Positions 1 to 13,936 of a stretch of DNA of 64,000 nucleotides are shown one piece after another (position 1 is the first letter of the stretch; each line of letters starts with the position of its first letter). Below the pieces are notes generated by a model. That model ran no database searches, was not told the DNA's origin, and saw only the letters and a program-made list of their open reading frames with translations. This DNA is from the human T2T-CHM13v2.0 reference genome, Homo sapiens, in NCBI RefSeq assembly GCF_009914755.1, contig NC_060925.1. The stretch is one strand, 5' to 3'. The position numbers and the translations under genes were made by a program.

Positions 1-224
1 GGTGATTATAATGGCAACTCTGGGACTCATGGGTTTTGAATTTTGAAAATTTTACCATTGACACACATAAAACGGAGACAGACAAGCTCTAGGCTTAGTG
101 TTAAGAGACCCAAGTTCAAGTCCTCACTTTTCCCCAAACCAGTGGTGGGTCTTTAAATAACGTATTGCACTTCTGTGACTGAAAGTTTTCTCACTTATGA
201 TACAATGTGACATGAATTTTATCA

Positions 225-418
225 CTGGATCCCATCAGAATGTTGCATCAAAATCTCCTGGGAGGTTTTTAAAAAATATTCCAAATTATAAAAATATACC
301 CCAGCCCCATATCTCAGTTATTTCCCTCTTTCCTCCCTTCCCTATTTCCATTCCACTCCCTACCTTCCCCACATACACACACTACCACATGTGCTCCAGG
401 CTGCTGAGAACCACTGGG
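225..418. mobile_element. MER5-like hAT DNA transposon remnant
   Basis: gcatcaaaatctcctgggagg...ttaaaaa...ccccagccc and terminal tgagaaccactg resemble MER5. Confidence 0.45.
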
Positions 419-898
419 TCAGGTAATCTCCAGGATCCCATCCCTTCTCCCCAGTTCCAGGACACGATCAGGTGGAAATTAACCAGGGAACAGAGGCTGT
501 AGGAAGCCAAAGCAACCGCATAATCAATGCACAGAGCTTTGAAAGGCTTCTTGGAGAAAATGAGGCTAAAAGATGTGAGAGACCACAGTAGACTCACAGA
601 GAGGAAAGGCAGGAGTGAGTACAATGGCAGGGCTCATAGCCAGACAACTGGGGAATCAAGTGACCACAGGATGAAGGTGAAAGGGCCCTGGGTTGAACCC
701 ATCACTACAGTCATCAGCTGCAGAGGACTAGGGATGGGGGACTGGTGAGGTTATTCAGAGTGACCTGGAGAAACCTCTAAAAGGCTAAAATGAGGAAACG
801 CCTTTTAACAGAAATCTTACCTTTTTAAGCTTCAGTTTTCTCACCTGTAAACAACAACAAAACAAACAAACAAAAACTAAGATTGGATGAGTCTATGA

Positions 899-1360
<462 letters not shown>

Positions 1361-4300
1361 TAGCACTATTATTGTTATCTTAAAAAAAAAAAAAGAAAAA
1401 GAAAAAAACAAACAAAAAAACAGATGAGGAACCTGAGGCAAAAGTGTTGGAACCAACCAAGGAAGGCAGGCAGCCAGGTTCTGCAGTCTGTTCTCAAAAC
1501 CACTCCACTTTGGAACAGCCGATCAGGGGAGCTCAGTGACTGGAAGTGGAAGGCAGATTGGTTCTCAGGGCCGCAAGGAGTGGCTGGGGTTTCTTAATGA
1601 TGGAGGAGGATGGAAATGGTTTTGAGGAAGGTTGATCTGCAAGGAGATGAAGTTGTAAAGGCTTTGGGATGAGCGACTTTTTATTTAGAAGTACTATTTG
1701 ATCAGCAGTGCCATCTTTCTATTTGCTAGCGATCCCCCTGACTGGAAGGGAGGCTCCGGAGTAGAAGGGTCTCCCTGGTCTGCACATTCGGCCCCTGGCT
1801 TTATCGCTCAGGGCTCTGGGCAAGCCTGTCAGTTAGTTTGTCTCACCAAGGAAAGCACCAAGGACACCCGGCAGGCAAGTATGAAGCCTCAGCAACTGAC
1901 AGATGAATCTGCCCTTGTTAAGTGAAGGGCTGGTTATCACACAGAGAGACCTACAAATTTGGGGCCTCAGAGGAGGGATCCTACTAGGTCTAATGTCACT
2001 AAAGCTGTACATGTGTGTGAGTGCTGTGTGTTTTTGTGTCTGTGTACCTTTTAAGCTCATTACAGGATCCTAAGTCCTATGTTTTGTTCCTGCCCTATGA
2101 AAGCAAAGGCTGGGTCCGTCTTGTTCATGAGATTTACTCCCATCCCTTGGGACAGTCCTTGTGCATAGACATTACTTAATAACTGATTGACTGTTTGATG
2201 AACAGAGGCAAGTGAGGTTAAGGAGAGCTGAGTTATAGGTCTCAGAGTCAGAATATGCGAGTTTCACTTCTGTTTTATTGTGGAGTGATCTCCAGAGGGT
2301 CTCTTTGGCTCTCTTGGCCTCCTCTGTTAAAGTTCTTAAATTAATGTAAGAATATTTAGTAAACAGTAATTATGATTAGCTCTTACCATTGCATAATTAT
2401 TAATATTATTAACCTGATTCTATACAGTGAGGATATCTATACCCTCACTGATTTTAAGTCATTCCTGACCAGCAGTGGGGAAATGCATCACGTATTGCTT
2501 GCCAGTTCCATGCCAGTCCTGAGGGTGACACTGAAGGTCGAATCCTGGAGCCTGGGGAGGGCAGTGACAAAATGTGTCACCCCTGCTTAGGTTCAAATGG
2601 AAGAATTATGGGACCTGATGAGGCTCTACAAAATGAAACCAGGAGCACACCGTCAAGGCAAAAGCACCATGGTTAGTCTCTGTTGAAGTTGACAGCTTAT
2701 TGCAACAAGAGGGAAGAATAAAAGCCACAGATCTGAGCTGATAGCACCCCCACATCCACCCTTGCTCTTAAGAATGTCCTGTCATCTCTCCTATCTACCC
2801 TCCCTTTCTTGTAAAAACAGGAGGTTTTGCATCAAGATATTGCGGATGACAAGAACAAATAACAATTTCTGTGATTTTTTTTTTAACAACTGACACCCTC
2901 AGATTTATTCAAGAAAACATCTCCTCAACAGAGTTGGCCAATTAACCACTTATATGGCTTGAAAACTTATTTAATGTCACTGCCCAATCACTTTATGAAA
3001 TGTCACTGCTCCAGCAGGCAAAAATTCCTGCTTTATACCCTGCTTCTTTTATGTTTCAGTCCCTTTCTGAAAAACAGAGCTTCCTTCCAAAGAAGACTAA
3101 AATCATAATGCCTCTCCCCTTACTTATGTGCCCCTTATATTTGCATAGAATTATGGAATATCAGCAGCAGGTGGGATCACCTGACCTCATAAATCATTTA
3201 ACCGATGATACAGTGAAGGTCCCAGAGGGAAGTGACTTGCCTGAGTGAGCCAACTTGTAAGTGGCAAAGGCTCCTTTTTTTTTTTTTAATAGCTGTAATT
3301 CATATAACTGATGCTGTGAGGTATAAATACTATGGGATCTAGGATAGGTAGACCTCAATCTACCACTGAAATCTGTGACCTCATGCAATTTAATTATCCA
3401 TTTCTGCCTTCTGCATTCTCATCTGTTAAAAAGAGTGATTTTATTGTTTGTGCTTCATAAGCAGTAACTACCTCACAAATATGAAATGACTTATATTGGT
3501 ATTTATTAATGATAATTAACATTAACAACCTTGTTACCTACAATATTACTCTCATACCTATTTTACCTTTTCTCCAGGCCTATAACCATAGCTTAGCCAT
3601 ATCCTTAACTCCCCAAGATATAACCCCTCCTTGGCAATAATTTTCAATGAAGAAATATCTATCTCAATTGCCAAGATCTGGTACACCAGCAGCTAATGCC
3701 TCAAATCCTGAGTGTGTCGTCTTTTGACATGCCTAGCATAAATGGATATTAAAAACAACAGGAGGATGCAAAAAAATTCCCAAGAAGTCCTCAGCTGGGT
3801 AATAATCTGAGAGTGGTAGAGACACGATTCCTATAAGCTCTACCATTTGAAGACTGCACTGCTTACTTCTCATGTGACTTCATCTATATATGATTTTTTC
3901 CATTGACAAAGCTGTGACCCATTTACTCCATGGCTTAAAGAACAGATTTGAGCTGATGCAGTTAACAAAGGAAAACCCATGACTTGGTTTACCTTTACGT
4001 TTTGTGCAAAGCTAATTTATTATTTCTTTAGATGTAAAACCGTCTTAAGTGTGGTCTAAGTAAGTGAAATGATTTGGCTTTCACTAGTAAATTTATAATT
4101 CTTTTCATAAAGGAACTGACTTAGCCATTACTTTAATATCCTAGCATATAACATGGAGGCTTACTTATGCAGTCAGCTTCAGGACAAGAAGGAAAAACTG
4201 AAGCACGATGGGGAAGGTACTAACTATTTTATTTTGCTGCTTATTAGCAGTTCCACCAGAAGTTGTGAGGATTTAGACAGTTAAAATTTGCTTGACAGGT

Positions 4301-5217
4301 TGCTGCAGCAAAATTTCTAGTGATATTATTTGTGGAGCATAAACAGGAAATGGCCAAAAGCTGTTCCCCTTAAAAAGCCTGATTGTAACACAACTGTCAA
4401 TGCAGCAACTATTTTGTCCATTTTTAAAAGGTAAAGGAACATGTTCTAGGGATGTTTTTAAAAGAAAGTTTTGAAACCTGTTTAAAACTTCTCTTTCTTA
4501 AAAAGAGATTTCTTAGTCAAAATGTCTTCAGATACTGAGAAAAATCAGTGAAGCGGAAACCATATGATTCCAAGGCCAGGTTTTTGAGAGGAGCAGTCAG
4601 CACTGAATTCAGGCATTCTTGCTGTGCTCAGCAGACTTGGCCCAGCAATCAGAACTGTTTGATTCTAAAGCTGATACTCCTATAACCAGGCAGGTTCTAG
4701 CACATTGTGAGTTCTGAAAAAGCATAATTACAAACAAAGAATAACAAGAAGCACCCGTTGACTTAATATATCTTTCTTCTCTCAAAGAGCACACAGGTTT
4801 TTCACATGTGTGCTCTCACCTGTCCTTAGAAACCTTCTCCTGCTAGGTGAGGGGGTGACTACACCACCATATTGCAACACAGGAGATCAGTGCACCAAGG
4901 GGTGAAGTAGCTGGGCCAAGGACACATGTTTTCAGTAGCTCACAATGACCCCACAATGAAATGCATGGAATTGATTCATCAAATATTTTTGAAAACCACT
5001 TATGGTCTCTGACCTTAAGGGGTCCATAAACTAGGCAGGCAGGGTGTGATGTGACTCAGCTGAGTTAGGGAAGATTATCAGTCCCATTCTGCTCAAGAAA
5101 TTGCCACACTGGCTTCTTCTCATGCAGACAATAACAGCTGGTCTTCAGGGAGCATGAAGAACCCCAACTAGGCCAGGCCTTTTGCAGAATGGGAGAGCCT
5201 ACAGTTATCTTTTATGT

Positions 5218-5905
5218 GTCTGCATTATTTTTCTATTGCTGTGCAACAAATTACCACAAACTTAATGGCATAAAACAATACAAAAGCATTATCTCAGTCT
5301 CTGTGGGTCAGGAGCATGGGTACAGGTTAACTGGGTCCTCTGCTCAGGGTGTCACCAGACTGAAATCCAGGTGCTAGACAGGGAAGCAGTCCTTATCCAA
5401 GGCTCTGGATCCTCTTTCAGTGTCACATGGTTACTGGCAGAATTTGTTTTCTTAAGGTCATATGACTGAGGTTCCCATTTTCTTGCTAGCTGTTGGCTAG
5501 CAATTGCTCTCAGATTCCAGAGCCCATCTATAATTCATAGCCATGTGGCCCCCATAAGCAGTTCACCATATGGCTGTTTGCTACTCCCCAGGCCAGCAGA
5601 AGCTTGACGCTTCACTGTCTTCTAAAGGCTCACCTGAGTAGGTCAGTTCCACCCCGGGTATTGCTCAAGGTTATTCAGAAACCTTTGTCCTCACTGCCAC
5701 CACCATGATCTAAAATATCTGCCATCTGGACTTTCAATGCACTCTGCAGTCATTGAATCGTAACTCAAATTCAACTGATTAGCAACCAGATCATGGGAGT
5801 GACATCCCATCATACTCACAGGTCCTGCCCATACTCAAGGGGAGGGGACCATATAGGGCATGCACAGAAGGGTGTGGGGATCTTGGTCATTTGGGAATTC
5901 TGTGT
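5218..5905 (-). mobile_element. MLT1-family (ERVL-MaLR) solo LTR
   Basis: ttttctattgctgtgcaacaaattaccacaaacttaatggc...tctgtgggtcagga...catgtggccccc...atcccatcatactcacagg, typical MLT1. Confidence 0.8.
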
Positions 5906-6369
5906 TCCAGTGTCTTCCCACCCGCATCCACGCATTTCCACCTTGCTGTGTTGGCTGCCTTGGCCTCCAGTATCAGGTAGCTGCAGTCTTCGAAATGAAC
6001 ATTTCCCCATCCCTTTTGTCATTATGCCTTTAAACAAAATAGAACAATATTTTATAAAAGGAATTAATTGCTAATGTTAGAATTTCAGGTAATGTAATGA
6101 GCACTTGCTTTTGTATTGTCAATGCTTAGCAGAGTGTCTGGCACTTAGGAGCCCTCAATTTATGTTTCTTCAATAAATGAATATGTGAATGATTACATGA
6201 GAAATATTTTGGGCATCCTCATCAGATTGCATCCATTTAAAAATGCCTACACCCTCTATGTACAAAGCCGATTCCTCTTTTTAGTTTCAAAAGAGTTTTT
6301 TTTTTTTTCATGGTAATGCATGCTTATTATAAAACATTTGAGGATTTTCCTTCTTTCTATGATTTTATT

Positions 6370-6635
6370 TTTTATATTTAACTTTTTATTCCAACTGGAA
6401 CTAATTTTCCAATATTAGGTATAAAATATTCCATCCTCCATGCAATTAGTGTCTGATGCTTTTTTTCATATACTAAGTTCTAATATATAAAAAGGTTTAT
6501 TTCTGAGCTATCTATTCTATTGCATTGATCTGCTGTCCAATTTGTGTGCCAGTATCATCTGTTTTAATTATTGGAATTTTATCATGTTTGAAGATCTGGT
6601 AGGGCAGGAGCTGCCTCATTATTCTTTCTTCTTTC
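6370..6635 (-). mobile_element. Old L1M ORF2 fragment
   Basis: atttctgagctatctattctattgcattgatct...tgtgccagtatca...gttttaattatt...atctggtagggca, the antisense L1 pattern. Confidence 0.65.
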
Positions 6636-8164
6636 AGCCCCCACCTCTAGTTCATTAAGCGAGGTTCTGTCTTACCGCCTGCTCTAGTTCCTTAGGCTGT
6701 ACTACATTCTTTATCAAGGTCTGGTCATGGAGCCAGACCTAGGCTCGTATTCCACTTCTGCAGTCTCTTAGCTCCACTATTCTGGGTCTCAATAAAATAT
6801 ACTAATAATGGCTATTTAACAAACTTTCTGTGAGAACTATGGTAACTTCTAAGAGCTGTCCAGCACATGGGAGGTGGTCAATATCCACCAGCTGGAGTGA
6901 AGGAATGACGCTGAACGTCCAGCCACTCAAGCTGTGTCCTCCATCCTTCTAAGCAGGGGTTGCAACTCTTCTGAAAGCATCCTGTATGAATGGTGAGGCA
7001 CGGATCTCTCAGACTCAGGCCAACCTTTAGGCTGGGAGAGTTCCAGAATTAATGTTTGTTTCCAGCCTCTGTGCAGCCCCTTTGGGATTCACACTGATCC
7101 GATGGAAGTCAGGTGGTTTTCTGAACTGGAGCCAGCCCAGAGTGCCCTGGGGGACTCTGGCAGGGGGCATAAATCAAGTACTGAAGTCCACATTGTCTGC
7201 CCTTACCAGAGTCTGGAACTGCCAGGGAATTAACACTCCTTGCCTCATCCCCAGGGAGCCTGTCTCTGGGCTTTGGCAGTCAGAGAATGTTCTCAAGCCA
7301 TGAAATACAGGTGCTGGAGGTTGGAGGTCATTCTGGCACACACCGAATTGGTGCTGACGAGGGGAGATGGGCAGATTCTGACAGCATGTGCTAGGAATTA
7401 AAGATTGAGGAAATGATCACAATTCCAAGAAGCCCCACAGTACTGAACGGTCCTGTGCATTTGCCCAGAGATTTAAAAAGGTGACTCGCTGTTCTCAGAC
7501 CAAAGAGTAGGCACTGGAAATCAGAGACCTGTGGTGAGTCACAAAGCAGCCAGGAATTTTGAAGGCCAGAATCTTACTACTTTCTTGGCATCTTCCGTCT
7601 AACTCAGAGAGGGCAGGGCAGGCACTCATTCATTCCTTCAAGAATGGTGTGTGAAGATCTGCTCTCAGGAGCTGGTATAGAAAGATACAGCAGTTATTGC
7701 TCAGCCCTGCCCCTCGTGGTGCTCTCAAGCTGCATGGTGAGGTGAGAGGATTATGGATATCCTTGAGAGCATGATCCACTCCGATGACGCTATATGCAAT
7801 ATCTGAGTACCCCATTCCAACTCCATCCCACATGACCTTCAGTAAAAGAGTAGATCAGATGTTCAAGGCTGGAAGAGGTCTTAGAAATTAACTCTTCAAG
7901 GCTGTCTATATACATTAAACCCAGAGAAGGAAGTGATTGCCCACAGTCACTCAGCTTCACAGCAGCAACGGAAGGAACTTCAGTACTTTTCTACCTCACA
8001 ATTCTCCACCAGAAAAATGGGTTGCTTCTCACCTTACATCAAACTTCGAGAGGCAGCCCACAGTCTGAGGCAACTGCAGAAACAGATTGAGCATTTTTGG
8101 AAGAGGAAGACAGAAATGGATGGTGTCGAGTGGGTCAAGGTAGGATGCATGGACACAACATAAC

Positions 8165-8365
8165 ATAAGGGTTAAGAGTCAGATCCCCTGAGTTCAAACT
8201 CTGGTTTTACCACTTAATAGCTGTGTGAACTTAAGCAACTTTCTTAAGTTTCTCTCTAAGCCTCATCTTCTTATCTGTGAAATGATGGCAATAGTGTTTC
8301 CTCACAGGTTGGTTTTAAGGATTAAATGAAATGATGTACCTCAAGCACTTAGCTAAATGCCGAGA
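8165..8365 (+). mobile_element. MIR SINE
   Basis: gagttcaaactctgg...accacttaatagctgtgtgaacttaagcaa...ctctaagcctca...atctgtgaaatg core. Confidence 0.8.
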
Positions 8366-8486
8366 ACGAAGTTATGTTACTAGCATAAAGGATTTCCGGA
8401 ATGGGCCCAACCCAATTATGTGTGATGCTCACAGGCCCATGGGGTAACAGGGTGCTCAAATGACAATGCCTTTTGTACTTTTCCAG

Positions 8487-8562
8487 CTCCGAGCCCTGGA
8501 GGAGCAGCACGGAGCGGGAGAGCGTGGCGAGAGAATGAAGAAACCAATCGCCCGGGAGAAGC
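8487..8562 (+). other. BRINP2: BRINP2 5' UTR portion of first coding exon (exon 2)
   Basis: Pyrimidine tract and acceptor ccttttgtacttttccAG ending at 8486, 76 nt upstream of the ATG at 8563; the promoter and exon 1 must lie upstream of the window. Confidence 0.85.
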
Positions 8563-8591
8563 ATGAGGTGGCAGTGTGGCACTCGGTTTAG
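8535..8591 (+). promoter_or_regulatory. Overlapping out-of-frame uORF (18 aa, MKKPIAREKHEVAVWHSV)
   Basis: ATG at 8535 is 28 nt upstream of the main ATG, has A at -3, and reads to TAG at 8589-8591 inside the CDS. Confidence 0.6.
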
Positions 8592-8831
8592 AGGGCTTCG
8601 GCCGGCGGTGGCCCCATGGACAGCCCTGCTGGCACTGGGCCTGCCTGGCTGGGTGTTGGCTGTCTCAGCCACGGCGGCTGCTGTGGTCCCCGAGCAGCAT
8701 GCCTCCGTAGCTGGCCAGCATCCCCTGGACTGGCTGCTCACAGACCGGGGCCCCTTCCACCGCGCTCAGGAGTATGCTGACTTCATGGAGCGGTACCGCC
8801 AGGGTTTCACCACCAGGTACAGGATTTATAG
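8563..8831 (+). CDS. BRINP2: BRINP2 coding exon (exon 2): signal peptide and N-terminus
   Basis: MRWQCGTRFRGLRPAVAPWTALLALGLPGWVLA... followed by the BRINP motif PLDWLLTDRGPFHRAQEYADFMERYRQGFTTRYRIYR; donor AG|GTAAGT; 269 nt, phase 2. Confidence 0.97.
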
Positions 8832-9849
8832 GTAAGTGGGGGCCTCCACTGAGACAGGGGCTTCCCTAAGAACCCAACCTGCACAGGCCCTGCTGGTGTG
8901 CTGGCCCAAACCCCTAAACAGGCTGGAATGCCCTCAAACTGAGCTAGAGGTGAAAGCTGGAGGAACACCAGGCAGGGAAAATAAGCCTACCATGTTAGTT
9001 TTTAAAAAAAGAAAGAAGAAAACACACACAAGCTGGAAAACCTGCTGATACCTCCTGGGGAACTTAGCAAAAGGGTTTCTATTTATAGGTTGTGCTGCTT
9101 ATAAGTTGAAGACAAATCAGGCAGCATGGAGTCAGCGTGTGGCCCAGGCTGCCGTAGGAGGTCAGAGTCAAATGCTGGGGCCAGGTTTTAACTAATGGGT
9201 TAGTTAATTTCATGAGTTGTAATTACTTAAACATACAAACAAAGGAAGGGCAGCTCCAGCTCCTGCCTTAGAGGTCTGGGGAGCCCTGAAGGGTCAGGAA
9301 CAAACCTGTCCTTACCCTTGTCAACACCCCAGGCTCCGCAGGCCTTGTGGGAAAAAGGGGTTAGGCCCTTTAGGCCCATCCCCAGAAGCATCAGAGCTGA
9401 AAGTCAGACTCCTGAGACCTGCCTAATCCATCATCAGGTGGAATAAGCCAGGCACATATTCCTGGCTGCTGGACCTGCACTTCAAAAATAGAGTGCTCCT
9501 CCACGTGCTCACCTCCAGGGCTCCCACAGTGCACCAGTGAACTCAAAATTCTCTTTGATCCCTCTGTCCACTTGCCCCCTTGCCATTTTTCCCCTTACTT
9601 GTATCTTTAGATAACCCTGGGAGCCTTGCTGATTTTGTTTCTTTGTTCAAAGATACTTATTTTCTAATTAAAATTAGTTTTTCATGCAAAAAGAAAAAAC
9701 ATGAAAAAGCACAAAAGGAAACAGAAACACAAAACCATCCATTCTTTTGGCAACTAAAGGTTCCTGTTGTTAACATATTGGCTATGCATTTCTAGTCATA
9801 TGAACACACTAATGTTTTTGGACCTGTTGTTAGATTTATCAACTTGCAT

Positions 9850-10022
9850 GCCTTATATAAAGTAACTCCAACCCTATGTTGGAAAAACAGTTGTTTTCCC
9901 CATTTTACAGATGGGGAAATTGAGGCCCAAAGAAGTTAAGCAACTTGCTGAAGGGCACAAAGCTAGTGAATAGTGGAGCCAGGATTAGCTCGCAAGTAGG
10001 CAGATTGCAGAGTCTGGGTTCT
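9850..10022 (-). mobile_element. MIR SINE
   Basis: ccccattttacagatggggaaattgaggcccaaagaagttaagcaacttgc. Confidence 0.8.
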
Positions 10023-11919
10023 GAAAATATATTTAGAGACATTTTCTTTTTTCTGGGAGTTCTTTTTTAACATCTGCAGTAACGAGGCAACCAGTTTAGA
10101 TTAGTAAGGGGTCGCAGAAGTATGGTTTTAAGAGTATTCAGTACAGTGTCAGAAGATTCCCAAATGGTAAAACAGTGGCCATTTATAGAGGCCATTCACC
10201 TGCTTCAAAATTCCCACACTTGGGTGCAGACAAAGGAGCAAGGTCAGAGATATTTGAGGGGCTGGTACTTTGTGGACCCAGAGATTCATAGAAACAAAAT
10301 CCTACTCTTAGGAATCACCTACCCAGCTCTCCTTTCAGGCCATTTTTCTCCCACTGTGCTTAGATGCAGTCTGGTCCTGGAAGAGACTGCAGTTCACACT
10401 CCCTGCTTTGGTGACTCTGGCCCTTGCCATCTTCCAAGGGCCACAGCAGAAATTCACATAGCATCACCGAAGCAGAGAGCACCAACTCAGGCTGGGAGGG
10501 GCTGAGTTTACACCTGCTCAGGTAAAAGCAGATGAGTAGAAGAGGAACAGAGTAGAGGGTTAACTCAGCTGTCAGTAAACACCTAAGAATCTCAAAGATG
10601 CCTCCCTACACTTTCTAGATGGCAAATTCAGGGTGACCTTCCCTTTATTAAAGAATTTTTTTCAATCTTTCAAAAAAATCAGAAAATCCACTCTAGAATG
10701 TGCTTAAGCAGAGAATCCCTCCAGTCCAGTAAAATAAGATTTAATTTACCTTAGACTTTTTAGTTTATCCCAAATCTCACAGAAGCACTGTTATCACCAA
10801 AAATAATTTTTAAAAAGTGTATTGGAATTGAAGTCAGGCTGGGAGTCCTAACACCACTCTCCACTTCAAGGAGCTGTAGAAACTAGAGGGAACAAACTCT
10901 CAGCTTCCTTATCCCCTCAGGAGAGTTTTCTTCCGGACAGCCTGGTAGCCACTTAGCACCTGGGCGGCAGCTCCAAGTTGGCCCACGGGGAGTGTCTGTA
11001 ATCATTTCTGCACCATCAACTGTTCTATCAGTTGGTAATGGTTTTCTGATCATTTAATGTGACAAGCTCTTACACTGTGCCATTCTGTTTCTCTGGGGTC
11101 AGTTATTGCACATGAACCTGTACTTGAGGAAACAGTAACCAGTCATTCTGACAGGAGTGTAGTATTCTGATTTGTGACCTTTTGGTGGGGCAGAGAGAGG
11201 ATAGTCACACACCGCTGCTTCAGGAGCATTCCTCGAGTTTTGCCTTTAGTGATGAAGCAAAATGGTGGCTCATGCGCACTTGTAGGGCTCTACATTATCC
11301 CAGTGGGAATTCATTTTTGTCCCTTCCCACTTTGTTTCTAGTGGCAATTTCCTCTGGCAAATTTAGGACCTTGCTGGATTGACTAAAGCAGGTCAAAGAA
11401 AACTGGTAAAACATACATCGACAGTCATCCTCAAATTTCTCTCCTATAATCCAGAAGAGTAGAAAGAGGAAAAAAAAAAACAACAGAGAATATCAGAAAT
11501 GCTTTGAAGGGGAAATACTGGGTCTCAAACAGAATTAAGGTTTTGTTTCACCCTTTAAGGAAGCTTTTGGGGCATGGAAATCAGATAGTAGCCACATGTG
11601 TCTTCCATTTATAAGCGGATGCACTGTGGTAGAGAATAATAAACCTATGATTCAAGGGGGTCAGTATATTTGGTGCAGAATCACTTGAAGATTTCATAGG
11701 AAAGAGACCCTCCTTCTCTTCTACCTGTTGAACAGATCAAAACAATTGTACAGCAAGTTTCTAACATTAAACTACAAATTATACCTATTCTTATTAGGAT
11801 GTTGGAGTATGCTCTAACTTTGAGATGACTAGTCATTCTAGAATAGCTGCAGCCTCTCTAATCACGGACCTCCAGAGATTGTTTTTCTCTTCATTACAAG
11901 TTTGTATTCATACAGACAT

Positions 11920-12140
11920 AGGTGCTTAAGAGTGAAGGTCCTGGAGCCAGGTGACCTGGGTTCTAATCCTGGAGCTGCAACTTTCTACCTGTATAATATC
12001 GGGCAAATTACATAGTTTTCTTGTTCCTCAATTTTCCTATTTGTAAAGTGGGGACAGTAATAGTGCCTATCTAATGGATTAAGGTGAAAATTAAAGGAAG
12101 TATTTGATGTAGGCACTTAGGATAGTGCTTAATAAATACT
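11920..12140 (+). mobile_element. MIR SINE
   Basis: ctggagccagg...cctgggttctaatcctgg...gggcaaattac...cctcaattttcctatttgtaaagtgggg. Confidence 0.75.
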
Positions 12141-13767
12141 GCCGATTTTTATTAGGTTGTTCTCTAAAAATTAGCCTATGCAGGAAGGATAATGAGATAA
12201 GAATCATAGGTGTTTTTTGCTTTAATGTCTGCTGAGGGTCTAGCATTCGACAGCCTATATTAGAAGGGGGAACACTGTTCTCTTGCTTTCCTTTTTAAAG
12301 CACGTTAACCTTTACCCTTCAATTCAGCTCTTTGCTGGGAGGGGAACTCAACTGAAGAATAATTGGATCTTCTCTGGGGCACACTCTTACTGGCCTTGTG
12401 GGCTACCAGAGGGAGCAAGATGGTTTCCAGCATATGTTAAAGTTGCCATAGGTCAAGCCCTTGTGTCTAAAGTTAAGGATGGCTCACTGAGCAGGCCTTT
12501 CTTAGGCATGTCCTCCAGTGGCCGGTGACTGCAGGCTCCTTTGTTCCAGGGATGAAAAGCATAGTCTTAGGATACACCATGAAGAGAACAGAGACAATAT
12601 GCACTCTGGTTAAGCCCTCCTAGATAACAGGATGGGCTTGGGCATTTCACCCAATTTTTGACAATCTTGTAAATTGAACATTGACCAACCTCTCAGCATG
12701 TCTTTGAGCCTTGTCAAAACAAGATCTGATCTATTAGCCTCCTTCTCAGATCCATCTCTTAATAGGCTCATGGTAAGAGCTAGAAGAACAGAGGTCCTGT
12801 TTCCAGTTCCATGTGTGACTTCCGGGCTCCCCATACCTTGCTCCATTCCATAGCCCCCACTGCAATAAACGCTTAGAGACCAACTTTTCACAGCAGCCTT
12901 ATGATGGGCTACTAGGGTCTAAGGCATGTGAAATGCACTTGTTCAAGGTCAGAGAGGTAGCCAGTCACAGCCAGAAATAGCACTCAGGGCTCCTGACTTG
13001 AAGTCTCCTGCTCATTACTCTAGACCATGCCACCTCCCTTTGACTGGTAAGTGCATCTTCATCATAACACGCACCTACTCAGGCACCTAAATTGAGCTGA
13101 TGCAAATGTAAATATGGTTTCTTGAAACAATCTAGTGGTAATGTTCCATTCTCTCTTTGCTACAAATCAAAGTAATGAGCAGTCTGTTTTTTTTTATTTC
13201 TTTTTTGTATTAAGATTTTAATAGAGAGATAATCATGGGATTGGACAAAATCCAAGCCACTATGATGAAACACTTAAAACTCGGAAAGAATACATTAACA
13301 TTGAGAGAGAAAGTTGGAAATCAAATAGAACGATGAGTGGTTGGGAGGAAAGCAATGCTGAATGGAATTCCAAAATATTGACCTTAGTCATTATCACATC
13401 TACTTCTAGCTACCTCTTTTTGGAAAGGGATGGTCTGGGGATACATTAGAAGCCACATGTTAGAAGTCAAAACAAAATAGAATTAAATACATATCTTTAT
13501 TGACTAAAAGGGACATCATAGTCTTATCATATTGTGGGATATGTATGCAGATTTGTAGAATGAAACTGAACACTAAGAAGCTGTAGGGCTACCAGGGATA
13601 GAATCAGGTGATTGGTGAATGAGGCAGTAAACAAGGCACCAGAGCAACAACCCTAAGAAAGAATATCTGGAATTCATCAGGATAAACAATAAGACTTGGC
13701 AATAGCTTAGACGTGAAGGAAGTGCTCACCCAATTTTTGGCAACCTTGTAAATTTTGCTGACCAACC

Positions 13768-13936
13768 TCACAGCATGCTCAAAGTGCAGTCTTTGGACCC
13801 CCAGCATTAGCATCACCTGAGAGCTTATTAAAAATCCAGAACGTCAGGCCTCTCCCCAGACCTAAGGAATGAAAATCTGCATTTTAACAGGATCCCCAGG
13901 TGAACAAGATGGCATCAGAGCTTGAGGAGTACTGCA
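13768..13936. mobile_element. MER5A hAT-Charlie MITE
   Basis: ctcaaagtg...ccagcattagcatcacctgagagcttattaaaaat...ccccagacct...aatctgcattttaacaggatccccaggtga. Confidence 0.85.
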
